64,000 nucleotides of DNA from Vicugna vicugna. Taxonomy: Eukaryota. Shown piece after piece: positions 39,911 to 53,149 of this stretch. Where the stretch lies: positions 3,015,502-3,079,501 of the forward strand of contig MU058059.1 of the NCBI GenBank assembly GCA_013265495.1, in the 5' to 3' direction. The translations under genes were made by a program, and so were the position numbers. The notes under the pieces were generated by a model that was not told the origin of the DNA, searched no databases, and was given only the letters and a program-made list of their open reading frames with translations. How positions within the stretch are numbered: position 1 is the stretch's first letter; every line of letters starts with the position of its first letter.

Positions 39911-39914
39911 ACTG

Positions 39915-40270
39915 AGGCTGATGTCTCTTCCATGGAATCGTAGGCAACGCAGGGCTGGTATGGGGCACCATGATCACAGGTTTCTTCCACAATGTAGCTT
40001 TGTGGCCCTCACATGTAAGCTGCTCACTCATGCTCCAAAATGGCTGCTCCAGCTCCTGTCTTCACATCCTTATTCCATCCAGCATGCAGGCAGAAGGAGT
40101 AAAGAATGGACTGCCCCCTTCCAATGAGGACAGTTCTCAAAAGTTGCATCTATCGCTTCTGCCTACATCCCACCTAAGTAGTACTTGGTCACAGTGTCTC
40201 AGCTAGTTGGAAGGGAGACTAGAAAACACAGGCTTTCTTCTGAACAGCTGGTGCCCTTCTGTGGTAATTA
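39915..40270 (-). mobile_element. Old MaLR LTR (MLT1-like) fragment
   Basis: aaaatggctgctccagctcc...ttccatccagcatgcaggcagaagg motif. Confidence 0.5.
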
Positions 40271-41540
40271 AAGGCTTTCTGGCAGTCTCTGCAAATGGCC
40301 TGAGTTAAAAGTTGAAGTTTAAGATCTCAGAGATGGAGCACTGTTGGGTATTAATATAGTGAAGCATGTGACCCTCAGGAGAAAGTGGGAGAAAGGCAGT
40401 CAAGCTGAAGGTCACAGACATTCTGAAGTTCAGGACAGTGAGGCTGATTTACTGGATGGATCATTAACCGTACAGGAGATGAAGCCACATGGGCTGGCTG
40501 CAGGAGTCAGGGGGGAGAGGGAGGAGGACTCTGAGGCCACCGATGAAACCCTCACTACACAGCCGACCTTACAACCAATTGGCCCTTGGTGTAAGTTTAT
40601 CCCAGGACTACCTCATCTAATTGTCTCAGTAGACGCACAGGCACCTTAAAAGAATCAGGGACCTTCTCTGCCACCTCCCTCGTGACTCCCTGCAGTCCTA
40701 GGGACATGGCACATGATAAATGCAGCTGAGCCAATGAACCTCAGACACTTGTGGGGTTACAGAAGATAACTTAATATGTCCTCTTTCCCACAATGCTCTC
40801 ACTGACCTAGCATTCAAAACATGACACTCTGTTTGCTGCAGCAGTCTGGTAAACTGCCCAGCTTAACGGGCCATCCACTTGTTCTTTGAAGACTGAAAAT
40901 AGTCTAGAGTAAAAAAAACCAGAAAAAATAATTTTGTGTGTGCTGTGCCGTTACAACAGACTGAGAACAGGCCCAAGGGTCACAGGGTAGCATCTGTTGC
41001 TAAAACAGCCAACTGGATGGGGATTCACTTCCTATAACCTTGACTAAATACCAGAATTGCTGTAAGAACAGAGCAACTTCTCCTTCCTGTGAAGATGATG
41101 AGTAAACCCACTGCTTTCCATTCAGACGGTGCACCTAAAAGGCAACCACGTCAGCAGCCGGGAGGTGGAGGGACCGGTTTCCACGTCTAGCTGCCACCTG
41201 GCCTCGCAGACCCTGGCACGGACGGTGCCCCAGGCAGGGGCCTCCTCCGACGGCTTCTCTCTCCCCCTGCCCACCCGGCCTGGCAGCTGGCCGCCTTCGC
41301 CCTTGTCCACAGACTTCCTTTTGTTCCATGTTAGGTGAGGCTGGGGCAGCTGAGACAGATCAGAAACCTGAAACGATCTCGTGCAAATCTAAACATAGAT
41401 TCTACAGTGAGTGGAGTTCAGGTCTAATCTGAGACTAACGTAGAGATTGAAAAAGAGCCTTTCATGGTCTGGGGGGCTGAGGCATGCCTTAGCCGTCTTC
41501 TCCTGGAAACCCGTAGGGATTAGGGAGGCCCTGCCCCCTC

Positions 41541-41565
41541 TTTTTTTTTTTTTTTTTTTTTTTTT
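41541..41565. repeat. Poly(T) run, 25 nt
   Basis: Directly visible. Confidence 0.95.
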
Positions 41566-41717
41566 AAGCTAATATTGGGAACAAGGAACAAAAAAATTCT
41601 TAAATTATCCTGTGTTTACACTACAAAGCAGGCTGTTATTTTTTTTAACAAAATAGAGATAACAATACTTATGTACCCACTTTTCAAATGAATACTTAAC
41701 GTTTATTATACTAATTA

Positions 41718-41860
41718 CAGTTGATTCTTTGTTATGTGCAGTAGTTATGTTCTACAAACTTACTGTGCACCTTAATTAGCCAATACCAAACCACTGCTCT
41801 TAGGGGCAATAGCCTTCCTAGGGGAAATACGGCTGGGTTCCTGAAGTCTCTGGTGTGTAC
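41718..41860 (+). mobile_element. Tigger/MER47-like DNA transposon end
   Basis: TA|cagttgattctttgttatgtgcagtagttatgttctacaaa...ctaggggaaata; the TA target is typical of Tc1/mariner elements. Confidence 0.65.
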
Positions 41861-44800
41861 CCACAAACACAATGTGATCTGGTTCCGTAGGTTAATACAT
41901 TTTTTACATAAACATCGCACTCTTCCAATGTTCTGCAACTTGCTTTACCCACTTGAAAACTTGTGTTTTCAAAACCTATTTATATGGAAACCTATCTACT
42001 TCATTCATTGAAACTTCAGTATAGTAATTCTAGGCTCAGTAATTAGATGATACTAGTTATCAAGCTTTAAGTCCTTCCAATGAAAAGCTATTATTCATCC
42101 TTCTCTCGAACAGCTGTCTTAAGAAACAGATCTGCTCATTTTTTGTGTGTGTAAAACTCTCAAGCACATGATACAGACTATAACCAAGCTCCTCAATACA
42201 TCAAGGTCATGGTCAGTCTGACCGCGGGACCATTCCTCTGACATCACCCCGTCACTCAACCTCAGGCAATCAGTGCTGTGATACACATCATTTCCACGTC
42301 TTTAGCCCTTTCGAGTGCTAATAGCTGTGCCAGGCAGGTTATTCCCTTCTTTGGCCAGTGAACCCCCAAACAACCTTGAAAACTCAAATGTCATCTCTGG
42401 AGGCAGACTTACTGTGAAGCCAGTGAAATTTAAGCTCCAGGCGTTGCATTTCCATAGGCCTCTACTTAGATCAAGGGAGGAGTTCTAGCAATGTGTTCAC
42501 ATGGGCATTTGGTGCTTATGCAAAATTATAGGATTAAGATTTTTTTGTTGAAGGGCCATCCAGCTGTACAACCTTCAGACCCCTCCAAGCCTGGATCTCC
42601 TCTGATCACTACTCGTGAAGTCTTCCACGACCTCCCTACCAGGAAGCCCTCTGGAGTCCCGGAGCACTTTATGCTGCAGTGTGGTGATACAACTTATCAG
42701 CTCACCGCTGGTTTGACAAGACACACAAGGGTTTCTGTTCATACGTTCATCTCAACAGCAGCTATTCAACAAACATTTGTTAAATGTATGTTCATAATGG
42801 AAATGTAGACAGAGGTTTGTGTATTTACATGCTAACTGTTCCCCAATTTTCAGATGTGGCTACTCTTGCTGGGCCACTGCACAACTGAGGATGGGAGGGG
42901 CTGGAGGGGCCACATGACAGACAGCAGGAAGGGGCAGAGGATGCAGGAGCATGTGGGAGGAGATGTGAAGACAAACCACAAAAGGAAAAGGAGTCACACA
43001 GAAAAGAGGCAGGAGTGTCAATAGGGAAGGAGTTAACACCAACCTAGAATCTGGAAAAAGTTCATGTTTTAGGTTTCACTTAAAAACAAAGGGGAAAATA
43101 CAAAGGACGTAAAATGGGAGATACAAAGAAAATGGGCATCTAGTTACAAGCAGGTGGAACACAGCAGCTAATCCAGCACTGCTGTCTGTTCTCTCGGAGG
43201 CCGTCCCCCGTCCGCTCGCACACAGCCTCCAGGAACCGGCCTCACCATGACTCCTCTGAAGCCATTTCTAGGCATCCCCATCCTACTGGCCCAGATTTCA
43301 TTCCTCCCTCAGCTCTGCAACCAAAACTATGAACCTAAGTATCACTGCAAATATGTGTTGTTTTACTGTTTTAAACATCTGAACAGTGTGGTATTAAACT
43401 ATTCTTTACATTTCATCTGACAACCTTAACATTTCCACAATTAGCTACTAGTTAGAAAATCGTCGTGTTTTCTATTTTGAGTCATCCTTTTCTCCCAGGT
43501 ACCCAAGAGTGAGCTACATTCTGGAAAAATATGACATTGTTCTGCTGGTAAGAGGAAGGAGGCAGGCAAAAGCAAAAGGCAGAAGCGAACATTTGAGCGC
43601 ATTTCCCATGGGAAAGAACGTCACATTTGAAAACAGATGCCTCCGTTGTTTCCTTGGTTTAAGCATAAATTACTTGCTCTGTAACTGCAGCTGAAACCCG
43701 TGCAGCAGAGCAAGCAATTCCTCACCCTCCCATGTTGAGATGCACTCAAACAGAATCTAAGATCATCCCAAATTTACACGGCCAGGGCCACGATCGGACT
43801 GTCACAGGGTCAAGGGAACAAAGGAATAACTGATCTCACTCAAAGTTAACATTTAGGAAAGACCAGACCTGCACATTCCAGGACGGAGTGACCGCCTGGA
43901 ATAAGATGATGCCCTCTCTTCAATTAAAAATAAACAGACTGACCCCAGAATCTGAACGCTAACCTCCTAGACACCCCACTTTTTGGCAGGAGCACCATTC
44001 AGACCTGAGAGCCAGAGAGCGCTGACTACCCTGACAGGGTGTACAGGAAGCTTATTTGATTAAGGTTCATCGGGGTGGGCTCTGGGAACGCAGCAACAGG
44101 AAAACCGCGCTGCCCTTGGGAGGCGTGTGGTCGGTGGGCTGGATGAGGACGGGGGCTGGCACAGCAAGGAGTGTGCCCACGGCTGTGCAGGGGACAGTGA
44201 GAGCCCCAGGGGCCCACTGCCTGAGCCTGTGTTTATGTGTCTGGAAAACTGAGGTGACTGGACAGTATCTGAGAGATGCCTGGGCTCTGACGGCGGGGAG
44301 CTCCGGGGAAAGCAGCAACCTTGGGGCTGAGGGCCAGCCCATGAGGACAGCTCTTGCATCCCACGATGACCACAGGCAAGGTACTTCTCTGCCCAGGATG
44401 TGCTCAGCCCCTTGGTCCTCCTGGAAATCACTGCTCCTCCATGAGATGAGACACTGGCAATAGTGTGGCCCCAAGGGCCCCAGTGCTGATGGGTCCCTCT
44501 GTTTCCAGCAACTGCCACGCATGCCAGCAGTGAGCACATCCTGTTGTGACTACCAGCCGCCTGATGCACGAGTTGCTTGGTGAGCAGACAGCAGAGACCA
44601 TGTTTTCTCTCCTCTGCTTGTGCACCGCCTGGCAAGCAAGGCTCCCAGCAAGTGTCTGTTAAGACAAGTGAGGCAGAGCTCCCCTGAGCTTAGTGAGAGT
44701 GCGGCTTCCACCCTAAGAACAGGAAAAAGCCAAGTACACTGTCTTTCTTGAGCCCATCAGAGAGGTGAGCTTAATTCCAGAGTGACAGGCCCTAGAGCAA

Positions 44801-45960
44801 AAACAGACACAATGCTGATTCACCCTTGGTGGAGGCGAAGGGAGACATGGCTGCCACAGAGAACAGGGAGGAAAAACAGTGAAAATACTAAATCCTCAAG
44901 TGTGGCCTCAGTACGCACAACAACCTAGAGTAACTATAAGCCGGGGCACAAAGACAAGGCCTGTTCCTGGAAACAAGCGCGTTCCCATGGCCTGGAACGG
45001 GCATCGTGTGAAAGATGGGGGCTGAGCAGGAGACCCTGCCCAACCCTGAGGAAGGACCAGGGGACTAAGAGCCCCACTTCCCCCAGAAGCCCAACACAAA
45101 GGAGGGAGCCTGGAGAGAGGCCCCGAGGTGGGCGCACTGGGCCTGATGGGGCAGGTGGAGGAGGGGGCCCAGGAAAAACCCTGACATCCCGGACCCCACA
45201 GGAGGACACGCACCAGCCACCCCGCAGGAGGGAAGGACGGCATGGCAGTGCCCGTAGGCAGCAAGGCGACAGCAAACCAGGCCTGACCTGTGCTGACCAC
45301 GCAAGCCCGCCCACCTAGCTCAGGGCCAGGCAGCTGCAGCCCCGCCCCGCCCCGCCCCATCCCTCTGCCACTCTCCAGGGTCCTCCCTCCCTGTCATCTG
45401 CTCAGAACCTGCTGCCCTCACCTCCCCCCTCTTCTGACTCCTCCACCCAGGGGGACCACCAGGCCCTGTGCTGCAGCTCAGAGACCCTCCAGGTGGTCAG
45501 CAGAAGCCACCTGGGACATGCACCCCACTTGTCTCCCCTCCTTCAGGGCAGACTTTCCCATGCTGTCTCTCGTCCAGTGTCAAAACCATTGTCTCCGAGG
45601 CTCTGGCCAGGTGTCTAGTATTTCATGGCTTAGTGATAAATGCGGGGCCTGTTTCACTGTCTTGGCCAGAAGCCAAAGTTCATTTGCCTCGCAACTAAGG
45701 TGCCAAAGTAATGCAGCAGAGAAAGGAAAGCCTTTTCAACAAATGGTATAGAAACAACTGGACACTCACTGGGAAAAATAAACCTCAAAACCGGCCTCCC
45801 AATATACAGAAAATGTTCGTGTAAATGTAATAAAGCTTTTAAGAAAAAACATACATCTTTATGCCTTGAGAGTAGAGAAACATTACTCAGGCAGGAAGCA
45901 GAAAACAGTGATCATAAAAGGAAAAAAAAGGATAAATTACACTTCATCAAAAACTTTTGC

Positions 45961-46194
45961 AGGGATAAATTGGGAGATTGAGATTTACAGATACTAACTA
46001 CTATATATAAAATAGATAAACAACTTTCTACTGCGTAACACAGGGAACTATATTCAGTAACTTGTGGCAACTTATGGTTAAAAAGAATATGAAAACGAAT
46101 ACTTGTATGTTCCCATATGATGGAAGTATTGTGCTGTACACCAGAAATTGACACAACACTGTAAAATAACTATACTTCAATAAAAATATTTAAA
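45961..46194 (+). mobile_element. Younger L1 3'-end insertion nested in the older L1
   Basis: agggataaattgggag...tatacttcaataaaaa flanked by a perfect 12-bp TSD aaaaacttttgc (45949-45960, 46195-46206). Confidence 0.9.
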
Positions 46195-47093
46195 AAAAAC
46201 TTTTGCTCATCAAGTGATTAAGAAAACAAACAGGTAAGCTATGGACTTAGAGAAAATAATCATAAACTAAAGACTAGTTACACCAAGCATGAATAAAGAA
46301 CTCCTACAACTTGATAATAAAAAAGAACCCAATTTAAAATGGTCAAAGAATTGGTCAGATACTTTATATAAGGAAAGTATACAAATGGCCAATAAGTACA
46401 TGAAAAATTGCTCAACATCCTTAGTTGTCAGGGAGGTGCAAATAATTAAAACCACAAGAGACAGCACGACACGGGCACTGGAATGGCTAAAATCAAAATC
46501 ACTAACACCAAACACTCGAGAGGAAGGAAAGCAGCGAGACCTCATGTACTGGAGGGTGTGCAGTGGTAGCTGGTAGTTTCTTGTTAAGACGAAACACATC
46601 TACTCGATGGCCCGAGAATCCATTCTAGGCATTTATCCAAGTGAAATGAAACATATGTCCACATAAGACTTATGAAAGCTCCCTCATATTTATAATACCC
46701 CAAACTAGGACTCCCCCACCATCCAGCATCCACCCACAGGAGTTGGATACACAAACTGCAGCAAGGTCCCACACTGTGATAGTTCTCAGTAAGGAAAAGA
46801 AACAAATCGGAGATACACAAAGCCAGACGGTTAACTCTCAAAAACATCCTGCTGAGTGAAAGAAGGCAAGGCAAACCAAAAGACCACATGCTACTGTACA
46901 GACTGTATGAGTCCACTTATTCAAAATTCTACAATAGCCAACACCACTGTATGAAAAGACAGTACTCCCCCCAGAAAAAAAACAAAAGAAAAAGAAAAAT
47001 GAAAACTATTCTGTGATAGTAAAAATATGGGATCAGTAGTGCCTCTGGGGAGGAAGGAGCTGGAAACCAACTGGGAAAGGGTGTAAGGGAATA

Positions 47094-47235
47094 TTCTGGG
47101 GAGTGTGAATGTCCTGTACTGTGAAGGAATGTTCTGGGGTGTGTGAATGTCTCATTCTGTGAGGGGGTGTTCTGGGGCATGTGAATGTCCTGTACTGTGA
47201 GGCAATGTTCTGGGGTGTGTGAATGTCCTGTATCT
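47094..47235 (+). repeat. 38-bp minisatellite, ~3.7 copies
   Basis: ttctgggg..tgtgaatgtcctgtactgtgag..aatg units start at 47094, 47132, 47170 and 47208. Confidence 0.9.
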
Positions 47236-50103
47236 TGACAAGCAGGAGTCTGGGTTACCCATATTTGACAGTTATCACCACTCAATGGATGACAACCTCA
47301 AAGATCTGAGCATCACACTGATTGTAAGTTTTACCTCAAAAGAAAAAAAACATAGATGCATCCAAAAATGAAAATGTATTGATGGGTAGAAAGAGGGATA
47401 ATAGATAAAACAAGGGTGGGAAACAAAATCTAGGCGAATGGTAGATGGGTGGTCACTACAGTTCCTTCAACTCCTTTACGTCCGCACATCTCAAAGTACA
47501 CCGACCAGGAAACATTTGTTAAATGAGTCGGGCAGAACATCCATCTCAGACAGGCCAGGGTACTATGGCAGAGACTCAGACACCTGGGGCACAGGGCAGG
47601 ACCAGTCAAATAAACACATGCATCACAGCCACGGTCGCTGCCATTTATCGGGTACTCACTGTGCGAAGCCTTGACACCTGCCCTTCTCAGAAGTCAGCTC
47701 ATGTAAGCCGCCCAACATTCCCACCTGACAGCCAAGACACTAATGCTTAGACAATGTCTGTGACTCATCCAAACTCCAACCCCACAGCTCGTAAGGAGCT
47801 GGGCCTCGCCTGGGGCCCAGCCTGCCACGTCCCAGGACTCCCCCAGCACACGGCCCACCTGCTACTCGCACCGGGAAGGGGAGGGCCTGTTTACAGCAAC
47901 CAGCGTTCAATGCTGGGGCAGGCCAACAGCACGGATGACGTGAGGAGCCATCAAGGTACCAGAGGGCCTTTGATGTCTCCTGACTGGACGAGGGACGGGC
48001 TCCAGAGTACAGGACCTGGCTGAGGCCTGAGACCCTGTGGGTAAGCTCCTGAGGGCAGGGACCCCCTCTCCCTCACTTCTGCTGTCACCCCACCAGCACA
48101 GCGCATGGAAATACACTTACTGAATGGATGATAAATACAAAAACAGGAATGCAAACAGACACTGTCAACTCACAAGCAGGAATGGGACCACATGAATGGG
48201 AAAACTCACCTTTCTAGGTCAATATTGTTTTTCATCAAACTGTACCTCTGAGATTCCCCCAAAAGAATGAAAAGAACATAACTTTGAGTGACTTATTCTT
48301 GGAAAGATTTTCTTTTTTGCTGACCCTGGAGATAGTTTCTACACATTCTAACAGAGACCAGGAAATCTCTAGGAGTTCTGAAACTATCCCAGAATTTTGA
48401 CTTTTGGAAGGTCTTTAGAGGTGGTCTAGGTTAGCAACTTAGCAAACCTAAGAGGCAGAAGAGCCTTATAATCACTTCTCTCCCTCCTTCCTGGGGAAAG
48501 GGCAAAGGCTCTATAATCTGACAGGAGGAACGTGAATGAGGACCACTGAACCGGCTTCTTGCTCTGTTCACAACCATGAGGAGAGCACTGCCAAAGGAGG
48601 TTTCCAGTGGGCAGGGAGGCCGGGGTCCAGGGCCTGGGCATCTGGTGAAGCCTGGCCTGCCTGAGCTCTGGGTTTGATTGAGTTAGCGTTCTGGGGACAG
48701 TGATATCTGATGGGCTAGGCCACGGAAAAGAATACCTCCCCACAGGATATACTCAGAACAGACTTTACGTAATGCTCATTTTCCCATTTTCTTTATGTAA
48801 TGCTCCCAAGCCACTCTTTGAATGAGCAGGGAGCCTATTTGCTTCCTGGTACAAGAGCAAAGGGTTCCTCGTGGCATTTAACTGAGGGCCTCATGGGCTC
48901 CACAGATGCTCTTACGGGACTGGAGTTTTTGAGTGGCTTCCAGTATTACTGTCGCTACAGAAGCCCATCTCAGGGATCCCCCTGCGTCCACACGATGTGG
49001 CATTGTTTTATCCACATGGTGCAGATGAAACTCAAATCAATGAAATCAAAGTCATCCGGTTGGTTTGAGGAAGAGCACAACGCTGTGGGCTAATCCCTCG
49101 TCCGGGCGAGGGGTCCTGTCCTCGGAGAGCCCCATTCTCTGCCGTCCATGGGTTTCTGTTTCATCCAATCCAGCCCCTGGAGCCTGTCTCCTAAGGCCCA
49201 GCAGAGAGCAGCCCAGGAGTCTGTCCTCAGCACCATGGGTTGTAGTTATTCAGTTCCTGACTTTGTGGGAACCATTATGCTTTCCCTGAGACCTGATGTC
49301 AGACTGAGGTTAAGGAGAACATGCCCCATCTCCTGGATATTCCCTGTGAGTCTGGGTGGGATAGAAAACACAGACTCTCACACCTTCACTGTGCTCTTAC
49401 ACGTTCAGATGGGTCCATCATCTCCCTCTGCCCTTCCTCCCTCCCTCACGGGGAGGCAGACAGGATGCCCAGTGACGCAAGGGCAGGGGCTGGTCTTGGG
49501 TGGGCAGGTCTATCCTTCCCTTGCCCCTTGCTTCTTCATGAACAAGTCAAGACTGCGGTGCTGGCCAAGTGGGGACCAGAGCAGGAGAATTCAGAGGGCA
49601 AAGTTGCTTTTTTTTAAAAACAAAACTAGAATTATCTTGTTTGGCAAAACATATGGAGATCTAGCCTAAAACTGCAGCCAGGAAAGGATAGAAAGGGACC
49701 ACAACCTTTTAAAAAACTCAATAGTTGGCGAGTCTTCAATTTCTAATGCAGAGAGTGGGTGATAAATTATTCAGATGAAATACTGGCTTCCATTCACCCT
49801 AGTACAAGAATACTGATCCTCCTGTTACTAACCCACAGAGGCAGGCACTGTAAGATGCCAGTGAAGTCAGGGAGCAAAACCATCTGTTTTGATTTTTTTT
49901 TTTTTTACTCCTTCCTCACCCTGAGATTTTGTTTGCTTTTCCCTGGCCTCAGAAATGAACTGTTCCTCCAGTCACTTCAAAAACAATGTAAAGACCTATT
50001 ATCCCCATACGTTCCCTTACTGTGCTCAGGATTTACGTAACGAAGGACTGATTCAGGACCCCTGTCCCCACACAAGACCATGATTCATCATCTAACACAT
50101 AGA

Positions 50104-50262
50104 CCAGTGCTTTTTAAACTTTGATGTGCATGAGAATTACTCAGGGATCTTATTAAAATGCAGATTCTGATTCACTAGGTCTCACTGACTGGAGAGTAGG
50201 CCCTAACAAGCTCCCAGGAGATGCCAGTGCTGCTGGTCATGGACCACTCTTTGGGTAGCAAG
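50104..50262. mobile_element. MER5A-like hAT DNA transposon
   Basis: cagtgctttttaaactttgatgtgcatgagaattac...aaaatgcagattctgattca...ggaccactctttgggtagca. Confidence 0.75.
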
Positions 50263-52021
50263 ACGCTCGATAGCCATAAAAACCAGGCCAAAAACCACAC
50301 CTTCCAGACCCCTCCCCAAGTCTAACTGGACCTATCGCATCTGTGCTCAAACCCCCTCAGTTGCCCACTAGGAAAATCCATACCCTTGTCTGACTTTCAA
50401 GACGAGGTACAAACAGATCCCACCTGTTTCTCTGCCTCCTAATCTTTCTTTTCCATTGCTCCTAGCTCACAATCTGCAGCTCCCTAGACATCCTATCACT
50501 CTGCCTTTGTTCTCCTGTTTCTTATACCCAGAATGTTCTCGCCCAGCTCCTTCCAAGTCCGCTCAAATACTGCCTCCTCTATGAAGCCCACCATGGTTCT
50601 TTCACCAAGAAGTCTGCCTCCTTCCTCTGACCTCTGATGTCACTTTGTACCTACTTTTCTCAGGGACATTATGACAGCTATCTTGTACAATGACTTGAGG
50701 GACTATGTCTTTAATCTTGTTTACATAATTATCTGTTCTCTACTTGGGGCATGTTCTTGTTTGACTTATGCTTGTAGCTTACAGACACGCAGCACAATGC
50801 TCTGTATTGCGGTAGAGTTTAAAATCAGTAAAATGCATAGATTTCAGCATACTATTCATTGAATTTTATGCCCAGGTAACCACCGCCCAACATTCACATC
50901 AGCCCAGAACGTTCCCTAGTTCCCTTTCTAGCCAATGGCTACCAACAGCCCGTCCCCAACCAGACTGTAACTGCTCGCATTTTTACCACCCTAGATTTGT
51001 TTCATCTCTCCTTGAACTTTATCATAAACAGAATAGCACCATGTGTACTCTTTTGTCTACATTTTCACTTAACATAACGTTTCTGAGACTTGATCATGTT
51101 GCCAAACATTAGAAACAGCCTTTTAAAGAGTGGAGCCCCTCTTCACTGAGATCACACCAGCCCAGAGGCTTCCCCGAATCCATGGCATTCAAACGTTCTG
51201 GGCTTGCCTCCTGCTGCTGTCAGGCTGTGCACACATCCCGCAATCCCCTGAAGCCCTGTTGCTCTTTCTTGCCAGCACTCCTGCCTCCCCCAAGTTGCCT
51301 TCCAGCCACTTCAACAAGGAGACTGCGCCTGAGTGCATTCCCCACTGTCTCCCCAAGACCCTGCTGCTCAGCTCCAAGGTTCTAGGCTCCCAGAGAGGGT
51401 CCCCATCTGCCAGGATGATATGTCATCTCCACCGTTTCTTTGCAAATCCGTTTTTCTTGAGGCTCAGCTAGAGTCATTCGTTCAGTGGCCTCTGGGTCCA
51501 TGTCCTACCACAGCTCAGATCCACTCATCGCCAGCAGTGTGTGACTGGAGCTGCTGGAGGCCGAGAGGCTGCCGGCCCAGCGATGCTGTCTGCCGGCTGC
51601 ATCTTAGGGATTCTCAGGTGATCTCACCTGATGAGGATGGGCTGGCCCCCACCTGCCAGTGCACATGATACAGGGTGGCGGCCACCCTTCCTGGCTGACA
51701 GATTCTTCCGGTCTGGTTCTCTGTGTACATTTGGGTGAACAAGCCCAGGAGATGCCCCTTCCCATCGCAAGGCCCACAAAGGGCTCATTCTCATGCCCAC
51801 ATCAACTCTGCATCACCTACATCAGAGGCGCCACTTCAGGCCTTCATGTGACAGGGTGAGAATGAGGCCCAGCCTGGACAAGTCCTAAATTACCATTCCA
51901 GAAAAACAGATCCGGGCCTGCACCCCTGACACTGTGACATCTGGCTTAAATGTGAGGCAAGGAGCTAGGTGTCACTCCAAGGAGTTATCTTAATTGGGAA
52001 GAGCAAGGAAAGGGAGCCAGT

Positions 52022-52320
52022 TCAGGCACCGTAACAAATGTACCACAGACACTCACAGTTCTGGAGCCTGGATGTCAAAGGTCAAGGTCCAGCAGATCCA
52101 GTGTCTGGAGAAGCTCTCGTCCTCATCTTCCCGCTGAGTACTCACCTGGTGAGGAGCAGAGAAAGGTTAGTTCTCTCCAGTCTCTTCTTATAAGGGCACT
52201 AATCCAATCAGGAGGTTCTCACTCCCTTGACTTAATTACCACCCCCAAAGGCCCCACCTCCAAATATCATCACATTATCTCATTAGGGATTAGGGTTTCA
52301 ACATGTGAACTTGGCTGAGG
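52022..52320 (-). mobile_element. MaLR LTR (MLT1A/MST-like)
   Basis: ctcacagttctggagcctgg, cttataagggcactaatcc, ccccacctccaaatatcatcac, gggattagggtttcaacatgtgaa. Confidence 0.8.
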
Positions 52321-53149
52321 GGAAGATCTCAAAGATCTTCCAGGACATGTGTAACTAATTGTGTAGAGCACTCCCTTAATCCTGCGAACCTGTGAAGTAT
52401 TATTATCCCCGCCTCATGGGACTAAGGCCCAGAGAGGGTGGGTGGTTGCCCAGGGCACATGCAGATCTTGGATTTAAACCAAGTCTGTCTGCTCCAGGCT
52501 TGTCTCCTACTGCTCTGCCTTCCTGCCTGGCCCCTTGAAGGTGATTTCAATGCCTCTGATCTCATTTAGCCCATCAAAATGCTTAGAATGCTGACCACAA
52601 AGTCCTTCCGTCTCATCACAGAATCTGACTTACTGAAAGGGAGTCAGAAAGGAGATGATGGCTTTCCCTCCCGTTGACAATGGCCCTGCCAGCACCGTGG
52701 TCCCCACCCATCTGCACTGGCTTCTGCTGTGTAACTTGAGATTTGCAGGCTGTCAACTAGGCCTATGCGAAAACATGCTCCACTCCAAGGTTGTTACGTA
52801 CCTTGAACTCCTACAAAGAGTCCCCTGAGCTAGAGTTTTGTTAAAGTACAAACATTTTCATCAAACCAGAGACAAATGGAGCCATTATCTCCTATTAACC
52901 TTGCCGCCATTTTGCCTTGTGAATTACCCAGCCCAGAGCCAAGCCTGCTAGGATGGCCCTGAGGCCAATTATTTCAGGAAGAGGAGAAAAATGAGGGAAT
53001 GGGATTCTACTCAAAGGCCCAGGGTCAAACAAGGCACTGCAGTGAACTGTGGCCTCGATGATGGAGGGTCAGGGGAGGGGAAAAGCTGAAAGCAGCAAAG
53101 GTAATGATTTACCGACTGGAGAGTTTAGCGGGGCACTTGTGAGACGGGG

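Larger units (their letters stand above)
45680..47345 (+). mobile_element. Old LINE-1 3' portion (L1MC/MD-like) hosting a nested element and a minisatellite
   Basis: ccttttcaacaaatggt, ORF 46289..46576 (NKELLQLDNKK...MANKYMKNCSTSLVVREVQI) and terminal ttgtaagttttacctcaaaag. Confidence 0.8.

Noticed and set aside
47094..47235. CRISPR-like array
   Set aside because: Contiguous tandem units without unique spacers, in mammalian L1 context, with no cas genes.
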